Positions 21,282 to 34,364 of a DNA stretch of 49,086 nucleotides are shown piece by piece. A program made the position numbers and the translations under genes. Under the pieces are notes generated by a model that worked only from the letters and a program-made list of their open reading frames with translations, did not search any database and had not been told where the DNA came from. The first letter of the stretch is position 1. Every line of letters begins with the position of its first letter. This stretch comes from Octopus bimaculoides (lineage: Eukaryota): assembly GCF_001194135.2 (NCBI RefSeq), contig NC_068989.1:54971625-55020710 (forward strand), written 5' to 3'.

Positions 21282-21627
21282 GCGCAGGAGTGGCTGTGTG
21301 GTAAATAGCTTGCTTACCAACCACATGGTTCTGGTTTCAGTCCCACTGCGTGGCAACTTCTACAAGTGGCTTCTACTATAGCCTTGAGCCGACCAAAGCC
21401 TTGTGAGTGGATTTGGTAGACGGAAACTGAAAGAAGCCCGTCATATATATGTGTGTGTGTATGTGTGTATATGTTTGTGTGTCTGTATTTGACCCCCCAG
21501 CATCGCTTGACAACCAATGCTGATGTGTTTACATCCCCATAAGTCCTGGGGTAAATTTGCCCGATAAAGGTGTTGTTCCAGCATGGCTGCAGTCAAATGA
21601 CTGTTACAAGTAAAAGAATAAAAGAAT
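21282..21627 (+). mobile_element. tRNA-derived SINE family B, near full length
   Basis: GCAGGAGTGGCTGTGTGGTAA head, GGTTTCAGTCCC B-box like, internal (TA)/(TG)n, tail CAAGTAAAAGAATAAAAGAAT. Confidence 0.9.
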
Positions 21628-21630
21628 ATA

Positions 21631-21689
<59 letters not shown>

Positions 21690-21899
21690 GAGAGGGAGGG
21701 AGAGAGAGAGTGTGTGAGAGTGACAGACAGACAGACAGATAGGCATACAGATAGACAGATAGGCATACAGACAGACAGATAGGCATACAGACAGACAGAC
21801 AGATAGGCATACAGACAGACGGACGGACGGACGGTCGGACGGACAGACATAGACAGACAGACTGATAGATCGACAGATAGATAGATAGATAGATAGATA
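21628..21899. repeat. Compound (TA)(GA)(GACA)(GATA) repeat with four ACAGATAGGCAT-containing 20-24 bp units
   Basis: Direct reading. Confidence 0.9.
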
Positions 21900-22304
21900 C
21901 CGCTTATAGTGAATCTCAAAATTATCTTCTTTTCCTTAACTTAAGGATTACCACTCGTTCTGCAAATTATCAATCTTTCGCTTCTCCAACACATGATTAT
22001 ATTCTATTACCTTGATTCCTTATTGGTTACCACACAAATCGGGCTATACTTTGCTTATAGACAGAGGTCTGAGTGTGTGTGGTGTATGTGTGTTTGTGTT
22101 CGTGTGCGCGCGCAAAACCCCATAAATATCTCAATCTTTTTAAAAGGAAAATTGTCCCCAGAATAATTTTAGCTGTCGCTAAACATTCTGCCCTTTCATA
22201 CGATACGAATGTTTCTGTAATAGCTCTTGACTCATTACACTGTGCCCTTATTGTTTACTTCAAGTTGTCAAAAAGAATTATTACATAACAATATAACAAT
22301 ATAA

Positions 22305-22736
22305 TCTATATATATATAAAATCCTTTGTATCTCTGTCTGTTCTCAATGCATTCTCAAACGGCTGAACCAAATCAAATAAAATTTTACATGGTAATACTA
22401 TGAGACCCCAGGAGTGTCAACATGTAATGTTTTTGGATTAATTTACACTGCATACAAAAATATAGACATACTATATACGGTACGTTATTAAAGCACACAC
22501 ACATCTACATATACATACCTGACGACTGACATGCGTGAAGTCCAATACGAAATTTTATTTTCATTTCTTTTAAAACAATACACATTTACTGTTCTATTAC
22601 CAGTTAATAATTATCGCAGCAGTTGCAAGGTTCCAAGGTAAAATATAAGATTCTTTTTCTCTCTGTACACGTGCTTCTAATTTGTTAATTTACACTGCAT
22701 ACAAAACTACAGACATACTATATACGGTACGTTATT

Positions 22737-22808
<72 letters not shown>

Positions 22809-22835
22809 CTACACATGCATATACATGCCTAACGA
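22305..22835 (+). mobile_element. Probable non-autonomous Helitron 5' portion
   Basis: A|TCTATATATATATAAAATC start and AACGGCTGAACCAAATCAAATAAAATTT motif, typical of animal Helitron-N 5' regions. Internal direct repeat 22438-22525/22685-22832. No 3' hairpin-CTRR found. Confidence 0.5.
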
Positions 22836-23074
22836 TTTGATTTTTTATTAACTACACATGGTCAAAGCACAGAACGGACAGCACAAGAACAGAAAAAACA
22901 CAAAAGTGGGGGGAAAATAAAATCGAATGAAAAGAATGGTAATGATAAATAAAAAGGTGGAATGACGTCTACTCGAACCCCACACTATAGTTAACGTCAT
23001 TGAACATTTTAAGAGAAAAATTTTTAACACGTGTTATTTTTGTCATTTTCTCCTTGTTGTATGTTGCTTGTGTT

Positions 23075-24534
23075 ATATACTCAGTGGATGACTGACATGC
23101 GTGCAGTGCGATCTCGTGTTTGCCGGTGGACTTTTCATTGCCACATTGTGTTGTTGTGAGGTGTTTGCAAAGGGAAGTATTACTGTGTTTGGCCTCCTGG
23201 CGGACCTGGTTTCTTGTTTTGGGTTGAGGAGAGTGGAGACGAGGGGTTACGCTGCAGCAGCCGGAGGACAGAGTGCCGTGGATCCATGTGTGCTGGAGCA
23301 GCATGAAGTGGACTTCAGGGTGGAGAGTTTTGGGAAGTGCCAAGAAGTGATGGAGAGGTAGGGGGATAACATGGGGTTGACTCTCCCCCCATAGGAGGAG
23401 AAGAGCAGAATAGAGAAGGGAGACGTGGTCTATGGAGCGTTTTCGAGAAGGAAAGGAAGAATCGATATTGCAACGGAGGGGGTGGAGAGGTGCCTGGAGG
23501 ATGTCAAGGACAGCATCGATTTTTTCACAGGAGAAAGGTGTGGCACAGTGGCGGTTACTTTTGTCTCTGAGGAGGAGGCAAGGAGGTTAAAAGAAAATTG
23601 TCCGAGGGATGGACTCTCCTTCTTACTTACCTGGGCAAACGCATTGTCGGGGTCGGGATGGACAGCATTCCACCAGAAATTGAACCTGAAAGGCTGATGG
23701 CAGCAGTTCTTGAAGTGGGGGACGATGGTGATGTTCATATCATCCAGGTGGTCCGGACCCAACAAGTGGATTGTGGTGTTACGGGCTGGAGATGATGTTT
23801 CGAGGCAATCAAGCACAATATTTACAAGTGCCAGAAGCGTTGGANNNNNNNNNNNNNNNNNNNNNNNNNNNNNNNNNNNNNNNNNNNNNNNNNNNNNNNN
23901 NNNNNNNNNNNNNNNNNNNNNNNNNNNNNNNNNNNNNNNNNNNNNNNNNNNNNNNNNNNNNNNNNNNNNNNNNNNNNNNNNNNNNNNNNNNNNNNNNNNN
24001 NNNNNNNNNNNNNNNNNNNNNNNNNNNNNNNNNNNNNNNNNNNNNNNNNNNNNNNNNNNNNNNNNNNNNNNNNNNNNNNNNNNNNNNNNNNNNNNNNNNN
24101 NNNNNNNNNNNNNNNNNNNNNNNNNNNNNNNNNNNNNNNNNNNNNNNNNNNNNNNNNNNNNNNNNNNNNNNNNNNNNNNNNNNNNNNNNNNNNNNNNNNN
24201 NNNNNNNNNNNNNNNNNNNNNNNNNNNNNNNNNNNNNNNNNNNNNNNNNNNNNNNNNNNNNACAGACGCACAGGCGCACAAACGCACAGACGCACGCGAC
24301 ACACAACGGTGTGGAGGCAGAAACAGAAGCAGGATGTATTTGATGACATACTGTGCAGGTTCGGGAATTGAGGGGTATATTTCTAAAATGAGAGATTGCG
24401 AGGGTCGAGAGAGATGTGATAGGAACATGAAATGTGTTTTTGCAGAGGAGGGAAAGTGCGGAACATTAAAGGAAGCGTTTCCATCGGAGGTGAACCCACT
24501 GGGTCCGGAGGTGAGAAATGAACCCCGTCCTCCT
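23075..24534 (+). mobile_element. Probable L1/Tx1-like LINE 5' region (ORF1-like plus possible start of ORF2), decayed, spanning a gap
   Basis: GC-richer island. Frameshifted reading GTVAVTFVSEEEARRL...YLGKRIVGVGMDSIPPEIEPERLMAAVLEVG..VHIIQVV...QVPEAL resembles RRM-type LINE ORF1. The family call is by eye only. Confidence 0.4.
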
Positions 24535-24960
24535 ATGGTGGTTATTTTGTAATAGTTTTCTAGCTGTATAAGGCCTCTACCATCTTCCATACGTTGTATA
24601 TATAACCTTTCTGTGGCAGATTTTGAGTGGTTCGTCCTAAATTCTGTCATTATTTTTCTTGTTTTCCTGTCTATTTTGATTAGTTCATTTAGAGTCCAGT
24701 TAAGAATATTGTAGCTGTAACATATAACTGGGACGGCTAGAGTGTGGATACCTATTATCTTGGTTTTCGCATTGAGCTCGGTTTTCAGTATCAATCTAAC
24801 TCGTCTATAGTATTCTTTTCTTATTTTCTCTTTCATTTGTGTGTTGTACCATATCTAGTTTATTGATTCCTAAGTATGTCTGGCTTTGGTCTAATTCTCT
24901 TATTTCATTTGCTTTATCTAGTGTGATGTTGCTACTCTCAACTAGTTTTCCTCTTTTCGA
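24535..24960 (-). mobile_element. R4/Dong-clade non-LTR retrotransposon internal fragment (end of RT and downstream)
   Basis: KRGKLVESSNITLDKANEIRELDQSQTYLGIN...MKEKIRKEYYRRVRLILKTELNAKTKIIGIHTLAVPVICYSYNILNWTLNELIKIDRKTRKIM...ERLYIQRMEDGRGLIQLE matches the R4/Dong consensus pattern. Confidence 0.88.
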
Positions 24961-24961
24961 C

Positions 24962-25110
24962 CTAGCAGAATCGTTAGCACGCTGGGCAAAATGCTTAGTG
25001 GCATTTCGTCCATCCTTTCGAGGTCGATGAATTAAGTCCTAGTCGAGCACTGGGGTCGATGTAATCGACTTACCCACTCCCATGAAGTTTCAGGCCTTGT
25101 GTTTATAGCA
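24962..25110 (+). mobile_element. SINE family A, internally deleted
   Basis: Head fused directly to CATCCTTTCGAGGTCGAT central motif and tail. Confidence 0.85.
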
Positions 25111-25116
25111 GAAATA

Positions 25117-25118
25117 AA

Positions 25119-25207
<89 letters not shown>

Positions 25208-25229
25208 GTAGTAGTAGTAGTAGCAGCAG
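25117..25229. repeat. (AAT)n(AGT)n(AGC)n microsatellite
   Basis: Direct reading. Confidence 0.95.
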
Positions 25230-25988
25230 CCTCGAACATAATAATTTCACACTAGACTTCAAGTTTCCATTTCAATTAGTAAAACCCAAGAAAGTTTACC
25301 AATTTTTTTCTAAATACACGATGACCAACTACCTCTTTGAATCTACACTACTTCATTATTTTCGGCTCTGAAGAGGAGCCTTTGCACTGAATTTTTATCC
25401 TTGTATATCTTAGCGTCAGTCCTCCGTATTTTCAATGTTGCAAATGTTATCATTTAGTGTGAATAAACTTATATATGCACAACACAGTTAGTGACAATGT
25501 AATTCTTGATCTGTGCATAGAACAAATTCAGAAGTAGCAGCAGATCAACAGAACTATCAATGTACCTTTTTATCATGTTTATCATTTTTTTTTTTTTTGT
25601 GCGTGCTGTTCAGTCTTCCTCTTTAAATAAACTACATTTTAACGATCTTATTGGCATTCCATGTATTTTTATTGTACTGTTCAGTTTTTCCCCTAAAATA
25701 ACATCGCCATTTAAAGATCTTATATGCATTTATTGTATTGTTCATTGTATGGTTCGGCCTTCCTCCTTCAGTAATACTACATTTTAACGATCTTATTCTC
25801 GAGCATTAAAATAGAATCAGTTTAGTATATAGTCAAAATCGGAGAAGGCTATAACTTACAAACATAGTGGCAGCGTTTATGAAGCTTTTTTTTTCTTTTC
25901 AACAGCACGCATATCCTCCAATCATTGAGATCTTAAAACAAAACTAAATACACGAATCAGCCATCCTCCCAATATATATGAATATATA

Positions 25989-26803
25989 TTGGGACATCCC
26001 ATAAATAATGCGGAGCTTTTTATACTTTTATTTTTCAAAATTAAGATAAACAAAGTTCTTTTTAATCTAAAATATACTCTCCTTCATTTTCTACAATGCT
26101 CTTCCATCTATCTGGTAGACTAGCAAGGCCCCTTGTTCAAAATTCACTTGTCCATGAGGAAAAGTACTTCTCCAGTACTGTTCTGACCTCGTCTATAGAA
26201 TTCATATATTTTCCGTCCAAATGATTGTGAATACTGCGGAATAAATGATAATCAGAAGGAGCAATGTCCAGCAAATATGGTGGGTGGGGCATCGTTTACC
26301 ATTCAAACTCCTCTAGCCTTTGGAATGTCATCTTCGCTGTATGTGGCCAAGCATTATCCTGATGGAAGAAAACGTTTTGTCTTGAAACAAAAGATGGTCG
26401 TTTTTCTTCTAGCGCTGATTTGAATGACTGGTTGAATGACCAAATCCAAGCTTCCCTGCTAGTTCCTCAACTGTTACGATGGGATTTCGTTCCACCAGGG
26501 TTTGCAGGACATACTCATCGAGCTCTGCAGATCATCTAGGACTAGGCTCGTCTTTGCGATATTACCTTTATTGAACTCATAAAGTAAAATATGCCGAATA
26601 TGCTCCTTTATCACTTCCAATATAGCTTTAAAAACATAGCTGTTAAAATCGAACTGCATTCTTCAAACCTTGCACTAAGAATAAGTACTATGTAAAATTA
26701 CTACCTGCTTTTCTACTAAGTTGATGCAGGTAGTTTATCTCATCCCCCTCCGACTTTTTAGTTCATGCAATTGAAAAACCGCATTATTGATGGGATGACC
26801 CAA
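25989..26803 (-). mobile_element. Internally deleted mariner transposon (DD34D) with both TIRs
   Basis: TIRs TTGGGACATCCCATAAATAATGCGG / CCGCATTATTGATGGGATGACCCAA with TA on both sides. Remnants EVIKEHIRHILLYEFNKGN, VERNPIVTVEELAGKLGFGHST, FFHQDNAWPHTAKMT...HPPYLLDIAPSDYHLFRS (34 residues between the second and third D). Confidence 0.92.
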
Positions 26804-26893
26804 TATATGTGCGTATATATGTATATATATGACTAAATTTACTCGTTTATTCACTGTCCTAAACTCAGATATCTAATTTATATATATATACAA

Positions 26894-26973
<80 letters not shown>

Positions 26974-27902
26974 NNNNNNNNNNNNNNNNNNNNNNNNNNN
27001 NNNNNNNNNNNNNNNNNNNNNNNNNNNNNNNNNNNNNNNNNNNNNNNNNNNNNNNNNNNNNNNNNNNNNNNNNNNNNNTATATATAAGCTTGTCGGCGTA
27101 TATTTACTAAATATAAACATACATGAGTACCTATTCAAATTTGTCCTTAACCTAAATTCAACCATTACTAAATATATCACGCACATGCCCTTGAGGTATA
27201 TACGGGTATCTTTCAATAACATTTCTTTGTCACATGACCCCTAACCAACCTTCCTCGCCCACAACTATACCATTTTCCACATTTTTTCCTCTCCTCTCCC
27301 GTCATTAGTGCATTAAGCTATACTTATCTGCATGGTTTCGCCTGCTTTGAATTATTTCGTAAATAAATTTTCAATTGCCTTCCTTCAGCGTTTGAGAAAG
27401 CCGTAGCCAATGTGTTTTTTTATTATTATTACATAAAAAAATAATTTAACGCTACACCATTCGAACTTGCACCTCATCATTTATCGTCTTTTCCTGCATC
27501 CCACATATACACTATTATCTAGTATAGATTTTTATGTCTTATCTTTGTTGTAAAAATGAAATACTTTCATTCGTTCTTCTGTCTCTGTCACTAAAACCTC
27601 ACCTCATATTTTTCACATCCTTTGTCGTTTTCCTTCCCTCCCTACCTCTCTCTTTCTCTCTCGTTTTTAATTTCTTTCTCTCCCTTCTCTCTATCTATCT
27701 ACCTGTCTCTCTTTCTCTCTCTCTCTCCCTCTCTCACTATGTCTCTCTCAAACGTATCTAATTATTATTGACACCTTAAGAGTTAACAGTCTTATCTTCA
27801 GACGTCGAAACCGGGACACTCCCTAGATGGATAGCTGATGTAGAATTCATTTCATTTATTCCGTCAGAATATGTGTTCTCACTGTTAGTGCCTAATTCCC
27901 TG

Positions 27903-28018
27903 TGTATGTGTGTGTGTGTATGTGTGCGTGTGTGTGCGCGTGCGTACGTGCGTGTGCGCGTGCGTGCGTGTGCGCGTGCATGCGTGTGCGCGTGCATGCG
28001 TGTGAGTGCGTATGTATA
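27903..28018. repeat. (TG)n/(TGCG)n microsatellite
   Basis: Direct reading. Confidence 0.9.
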
Positions 28019-28417
28019 CACCTATACTTGTATATTTATATAAACACTTTCAATGTACAGGAAATCATGGTCAGCCACGACCAACAGAGGACTAGTCTGC
28101 TTATTAGTAATGGTGAACTGGAAAAACAATTGCGCAGTACAATTTGTAGTGTATAACTAATTTAGTTGGCTGAATCCACATGCAGTCACAAGATGCTTTC
28201 TGTGTATACAAGTATCCTCAGACAGCAACCGTAACAGGACAAAAGAATACTAGTCGAATACAACGGAGTGCGGCAAAGCATCGCCCTGCCCATTAGTTAA
28301 ACGACGTCGAATTAACAAGGTAGGAAATCAACCATTATGCAGTAAAAATGCGTTTAAATATTGAGGAAGGTTACAGTAAGTAAGAGATAAAGTAAATGAA
28401 TCAGTCTCGAAAATATA

Positions 28418-28608
28418 TTGATTTCAATTTTTGGCACAAGGCCAGCAATTTCGGGAGAAGGGCCAAGTCGATAGCATTAACCTCCAGTGTTCAACTGGTA
28501 CTTATTTTATCGACCCCGAAAGGATGAAAGGTAGAGTCGACCTCGGGAGAATTTGAACTCAGAACATAAAGACGGACGAAATGCTGCTAAGCATTTTGCC
28601 CAGCGTGC
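28418..28608 (-). mobile_element. SINE family A, 5'-truncated
   Basis: Reverse-strand B-box, central motif and tail. Confidence 0.88.
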
Positions 28609-29094
28609 AAATATATTAATATAACGTATACACATGTACACATGTACACACCAACATATACACATACACCATACATTCANNNNNNNNNNTATAACGTATA
28701 CACATGTACACATGTACACACCAACATATACACATACACCATACATTCATACATACATACAAACGGACATACATACATACATACATACATACGGACAAAC
28801 AGACAGACAGACTGACAGACAGACAGAAGTTTACCATTTAAGTATATGTGCGCATGTCTAGACATGCAAATATATGCATGGGAATATGCATGTAAATATA
28901 CATTGCACGCCTAGCTGAGTTAGTCAACCTTGCTACCTCTATGTATGTATGTGTGTATGTATCGTAAATATCAATACAACCGTATATAGAGAAGGTTGAA
29001 TAGTGTACACGGCACTAAAGAGAGTATGTATGTGTATTTTTTTATGAGAGTAGTGTTAACCTAGAGGTTAACTAAATGAATAATTGGTTATATG

Positions 29095-29362
29095 GGATTA
29101 CACTTAGAAAGTTCTCCATCGAGGCACAAGTCAGAATAAGGTTGTTTATGGAAAATCAGCAGTCGCCCATTGCATACCAGCCTCCCCTCTCTACGCCACA
29201 GATGTAATCCAAGGGAAAGGCAAAAACCGATACAGCTTGGCACTAGTGACGTCGCAACCTATTTTCTACAGCTGAGTGAATTGGAGCAACAGGAAATAGA
29301 GTGTCTTGCTCAAGAACACAACACATAGTCCGGTCCGGGAATCAAACTCACTACCTCAATGA
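29095..29362 (-). mobile_element. SINE family C (CORE-like)
   Basis: Reverse complement of the 6995-7335 family (TGTTGTGTTCTTGAGCAAGACACT..CTCCAATTCACTCAGCTGTAGAAA). Confidence 0.85.
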
Positions 29363-29803
29363 AATGAAATAGTAAATAACTAAGCAAGATAAGTTTAGTT
29401 ATAATTGACTAAGGGTGATATGTTGATGTATAATGCACTTAGATAGGAACACGAGACAGGGATATATCAGGGGATATATAAAGGTAACGATATTCCAGAC
29501 TTGATGTCTCATTTTGTTAAGTCCAAGATAACTTTATTCAAAGGGTCCTTCCTTTTTGTTTTCTGAAGGATTGACATGTGTGATCTAAGGCATATTAGAA
29601 TGATATTTCTAGAAGTTTGACTGACCGTAGAAGCTTCCATTTTTGTATGAAGGTTGTGGTGTTAAACAGGGTGATATATTAAACCAAATATAATAGAGTA
29701 TTTAATCCGACTCTCAAACGTTGAACTTAACTGCTGGTATAAACGCAGACTTCTTGTATTGACAGATGGTTAATTGCTCACTGATACCAATTAGAAGGTG
29801 GAA

Positions 29804-30005
29804 GGTGGCCATCTAGCAGAATTATTTGCATAGCGGACAGCATACTTAGTAGCATTTCTCCCGGTTTTACGCTCTGGCCCAAATATCTCAGGGGTTGACT
29901 TTGCCTTTCATCCTTTCAGGGTCTATAAAATAAGTATCAGTTGAGGACCGGGGTCGATGTAATTGAATAACCCGTTCCCCCTAATTGCAGACATTGGGCC
30001 TATAG
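29804..30005 (+). mobile_element. SINE family A, diverged
   Basis: GGGGTTGACTTTGCCTTTCATCCTTTCAGGGTCTATAAAATAAGTATCAG motif. Confidence 0.8.
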
Positions 30006-30091
30006 TAAATGTCTATAGGATGCGACCGATTCAATGGAGGTAAGTATATTATAAGTATCTGTTTAACTCCTAACTCTCGGTCCTTAATAAT

Positions 30092-30307
30092 TACTTCTAC
30101 CCTAAGCACAAGGCCTTGAAAATTTTGGGGGAAGGGGCAAGTCGATTACGTCGACTCCAGTGCGTAACTGGTATTTACTTCATCGACCCCGAAAGGATGA
30201 AAGTCAAAGTCAACCTCGATGGAATTTGAGCTCAGAATGTAGTGGTAGACGAAATACCGCTAAGCACTTTGCTCGACGTGCAAACGATTCTACCAGCTCC
30301 CCACCTT
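30092..30307 (-). mobile_element. SINE family A with 12-bp flanking direct repeat
   Basis: Full reverse copy; GTCCTTAATAAT at 30080-30091 and 30313-30324. Confidence 0.88.
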
Positions 30308-31959
30308 CCTCAGTCCTTAATAATAGTAACAATATTACTATGTATCATAGTTCGTGTCGTTGATGTTGCTGTTGCTATAACTGCCGTTGTTGCTGCTGCT
30401 GTTGTTATTGTTTAGATATCTTGGGAATCATAATTTACATGTTTTACGTTGAGTGATAGCCAAACTGATCGAAAAATAATGGATCTTCGCCGACAGCTTC
30501 TTTGAATATTCTGTGAACCAAAAGTACAGTCTCTGTTGTCACCTTATATTCCTTACATTTCCTCTTCTTTTTCTTTCTTTCCCAATACAAAATAGCGACC
30601 AAACTAATTTTATTCAGTGTTGCTATTGTTTGCAACAATAAAATTGCATCTCTCTATATATATTTTAGTCTGAATGTAGATTTATTCTTGATATAAGGTT
30701 TGTTTTTCTTTCCGCGCCCATAATTTATTGTAAAACCTGAGACCAAAAGAATGTGTAAATTTTATTCATGCCAAAACTACAAACTATCAAAATACCCTCT
30801 TTAAGTCGTTCATGTAGATTTAGGTCTATTATACTGAAGTATCCGCAGTGCAGGTGTAAGCATTTTGTAGAAGAGTAATTCTACAAAATGGTTTCCCATT
30901 CAACTAATTAACCAATAATTAAGTCCTTTATTTCCATGACAACGCTAAGTATCATTGCAGTAGCTGCAAAAGTCCAAATTCACTCACTCAGCCCCTTCCC
31001 CTCCACTATATCATTTCATTTAATGTTGATAAATTGAAATTTTTGTGAGTTCTTTCCCTTACTCTTTGTAAGGAAAAATGTTCATTGTCGCTAATTAATT
31101 GTTTTAGTTATAACGGTTATAATTACAATTGATTAAAGAATTATTTTCACTTCATAAAATCAAGTATGGTAACCTGCGCTTAATTTTATATTCTTCGAGA
31201 CACTTTGCGAGGTTAATTTTCATTAACGCTAATAAATTTCCTTTTCATTGCGATTATAATTTCAATTAATTAAACACTTATTTTCGTCTCAGTCAAGTAT
31301 AATAGCCTGCATTTGACTATATGGGCTTTTATAGTCTGGATAAACATTTACCTTTTAATCCAGTATTTATTTTCGCATCATACAAAACATTGCAGCTTAC
31401 CCGCTCTAACAGTTTTCCCAGTCGTGTTAACCTAGATTTTGGTTAGTACGATGACCTTGACGTTCAACTCCAGAAAGCTGTCAATAAAGCTACATTAGTG
31501 ATGATGTTTCAAGACATTTCACAATAGTTATACAGTTTGTATAGTTATTGTCCTCGAAAAGGTCATGGAGGTCACTTCTTTTCCTCTCAATAAACCTGGT
31601 AAGTTGAATCAAATATTGTAATTCTTTTATAGCTTTCAGCCACCAACGGCTACAATGTTGGGGCAGCATCTTCAGCTGATCATATCTCAAGTGTGACGGA
31701 TAGTGGGACGGAAAGAGAGCCCTCGTTTCACAACCATTGTGATGGAAAAGAGATGTAAAGTGATTAGATTAGTAAGAAGTTGCATCGAGAAAGACTCAGC
31801 GCTGTCCCGTATCCTATGAGTGACACTGTACGGTGAACAGAAGAGGGCAAATGAGTAGAAATGTGAGTGAAAGATAGGCATAACGGTGCCATAAAGGTAA
31901 TAGATGGTAGGTAAGGAGAAGGCAATCTAGTCACCATTACTACTCCTGTCTTGACGTTT

Positions 31960-33400
31960 TCTTTGTCATGCTTGCACAGGCGGCCGCTTCGTTTCACCAT
32001 TGCATGTTACCACCAGTCGACCAGATCCGATGTCTTACCAGGTTTCCCTTTTCCACAAAATCCATCCACTTTGAGCCTTGTTCGCTTTTTATATAATTGT
32101 TAATGTTTATATACATAACAGCATCTTACCAGTACAGCCTTCTGTCTTACACACTATATCTGATTCCTTTCATATCCATATTATTTTCTCAGTTCATTTA
32201 TACCCCGTCGCCCAGGTACACTTACATTATACATCCAGCAGACCAAGTTCGCCTAATTTCTTTTCATTCTTTGTAAATCTTCTGCGTTGAGCGCCTATTT
32301 TTTTTTTACTGCTGTGCAACTTTGCATTTCGTACAAAAGCACCTTGTAGTCTATCCTTCACTCACAGAGAAAGCTCTTCTATTGACAACTCCTTCAACTT
32401 TCTTCGAACACCTCTTACTCTGGTTACTGTTTTCTGCATATTCAATTCCACTGTTGTTAGGTTACCTAGGTAAAAGTAACTCACATATAATTCTTAGAAG
32501 CTGTCCTGTCATTTAAGAGAATCTGTTACACAGAGACTTAAAGTGCTTAACCGCATCAGTGCATCTGCTACATATAAAATCATCCTCTACATTATCCTAC
32601 GTATGATCTCACTCACTGTACATGCATAGTTTACACAGATGCACCGTGGCCATTTCCATAACAGAAGCAGGAACCTTTCTTCTTACTAAAATAGTAGACT
32701 TCACTAAGCTTACTTTGAGACTTCTTGATTCTAATTTCTTCTTTCTGGAATTTGTTCTATAAACTTTCTCCGTATTTAGCTATAAGAACATTCAGCATAT
32801 AGGAGACCCCATAGACAGTCAGTCTCAAACCCCTCAGTTATGGCCTAGATGACCAGAACAAGCCTGAGAAGGCCGAGGGCTTGGTTTTGCTAAAAACCTG
32901 CCTATACGCAAAATTTGTCCATGAACTTACGGCTAACTCACACTCTGCTGGCAGCATCTGTATTTTTTTATGTGGCTTAAAATAGCTCCTAAAAGCCTTT
33001 TCTCCATTCCTAGTTTCTTTAGCAGCCACCAGATTACAGACAATGGGACCTCGCCAAATGCTTTCTCCGAATCAACTAATGTGAGGTGTAAAAGCTTATT
33101 ACTAACCAAGTACTATTGCAACTATCTCACTTTAAAGATGTAGTACATTTTCCTGATACAAAAACGAACTGCATTACAGCCAAGTTATTTCTCTTCCATA
33201 TCAATTCTTTCCGTAACTCTCATGACCTGGTACAACAACTTGACTCCTCTACAATAGCTGATATATAATGCATCACGTTTGCGCTTGTAGCTATTGATGA
33301 TGTTGGTGCCATGCCAGTTGTTGGGGATGACACAACCTGATTGAGTATGCAAGTTACAAACCCATTCGGCTAAATATTTTAAGAAGCTCAAAGGCTATCT
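31960..33400 (-). mobile_element. Old RTE-clade LINE, RT domain to 3' end, heavily decayed
   Basis: VIPNNWHGTNIINSYKRKRDAL...YCRGVKLLYQVMRVTER, LVDSEKAFGEVP..VIWWLLKKLG, Cys-rich remnants (KWP..., DDFICSRC) and an RTE-type 3' tail CCTGTGCAAGCATG..AAAACGTC. Many stops and frameshifts. Confidence 0.8.
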
Positions 33401-33572
33401 CTGATGGTGAAGCTATCTTACTTGCCTTCATATCTTCAAATCCCTTTATTTCCCTTCTGTAATCAGATTAAATTACTGGACCCTCTGTTGAGTTTACCCG
33501 GGGCAAAGAATGTAAATATCCCCCTTGTTCACGATAAGTTTTCAAAACAATTTCTCCTTTTGTTTTATGCAA

Positions 33573-33627
<55 letters not shown>

Positions 33628-33724
33628 TATGTATGTATGTGCATGTGTGTGTACGTGGTTGTGAGAGAGTGTGTACGTGCGATTGTATGTGTGTGTGTAT
33701 ATATCTATGTATGTGTGTGTGAGA

Positions 33725-33950
33725 GTCTTTGTGTCTGTGTTTATCCTCCAAGACCGGTTGACAACCGGTGTTGGTGTGTTTATGTCCCCGTAACCTAACG
33801 GTTCGGCAAAACACACCGATAGAATAAGTACCACGCTAAAAAAAAAAAAAAACTAATCCCTAGTGTCAATTTGTTCGACTAAAACTTTTCAAGGCGGTAC
33901 CCCAGCATCACCGCAGTCAAATGACTAAAACAAGTAAAAGACAAAAGATT
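33725..33950 (+). mobile_element. SINE family B 3' half
   Basis: ACCGGTTGACAACCGGTG..GTCCCCGTAAC..GGTTCGGCAAAA..GCAGTCAAATGACTAAAACAAGTAAAAG; follows a long (TG)n. Confidence 0.85.
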
Positions 33951-34134
33951 TAGATTGGAATGCCCTCGTTATTAAAGGTGTAATAGTAAATAATTACGAT
34001 TCCTTGTCTTATTGCTTACTCTACCAAATATACTCGAGCTAGCTTTACACTAACGCATGTATTTCTATTTAAACGTGTGCTCCTTTGCAAGATTACCAGA
34101 AAAAGCATAGTATAAATGTACATGATCGTGCGTA

Positions 34135-34186
<52 letters not shown>

Positions 34187-34248
34187 ACATATGTACATTT
34201 ATGGATATATACAAACATATATATACACACGCACACAAACACACGCAA

Positions 34249-34285
<37 letters not shown>

Positions 34286-34333
34286 ATTCATTAACTACAT
34301 TGTTTATATTATACATACATGCTCTTCTCTTTG

Positions 34334-34364
<31 letters not shown>

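Noticed and set aside
28620-28750. 60-bp exact tandem duplication either side of a 10-N gap
   Set aside because: Typical unmerged contig overlap; assembly artefact rather than biology.
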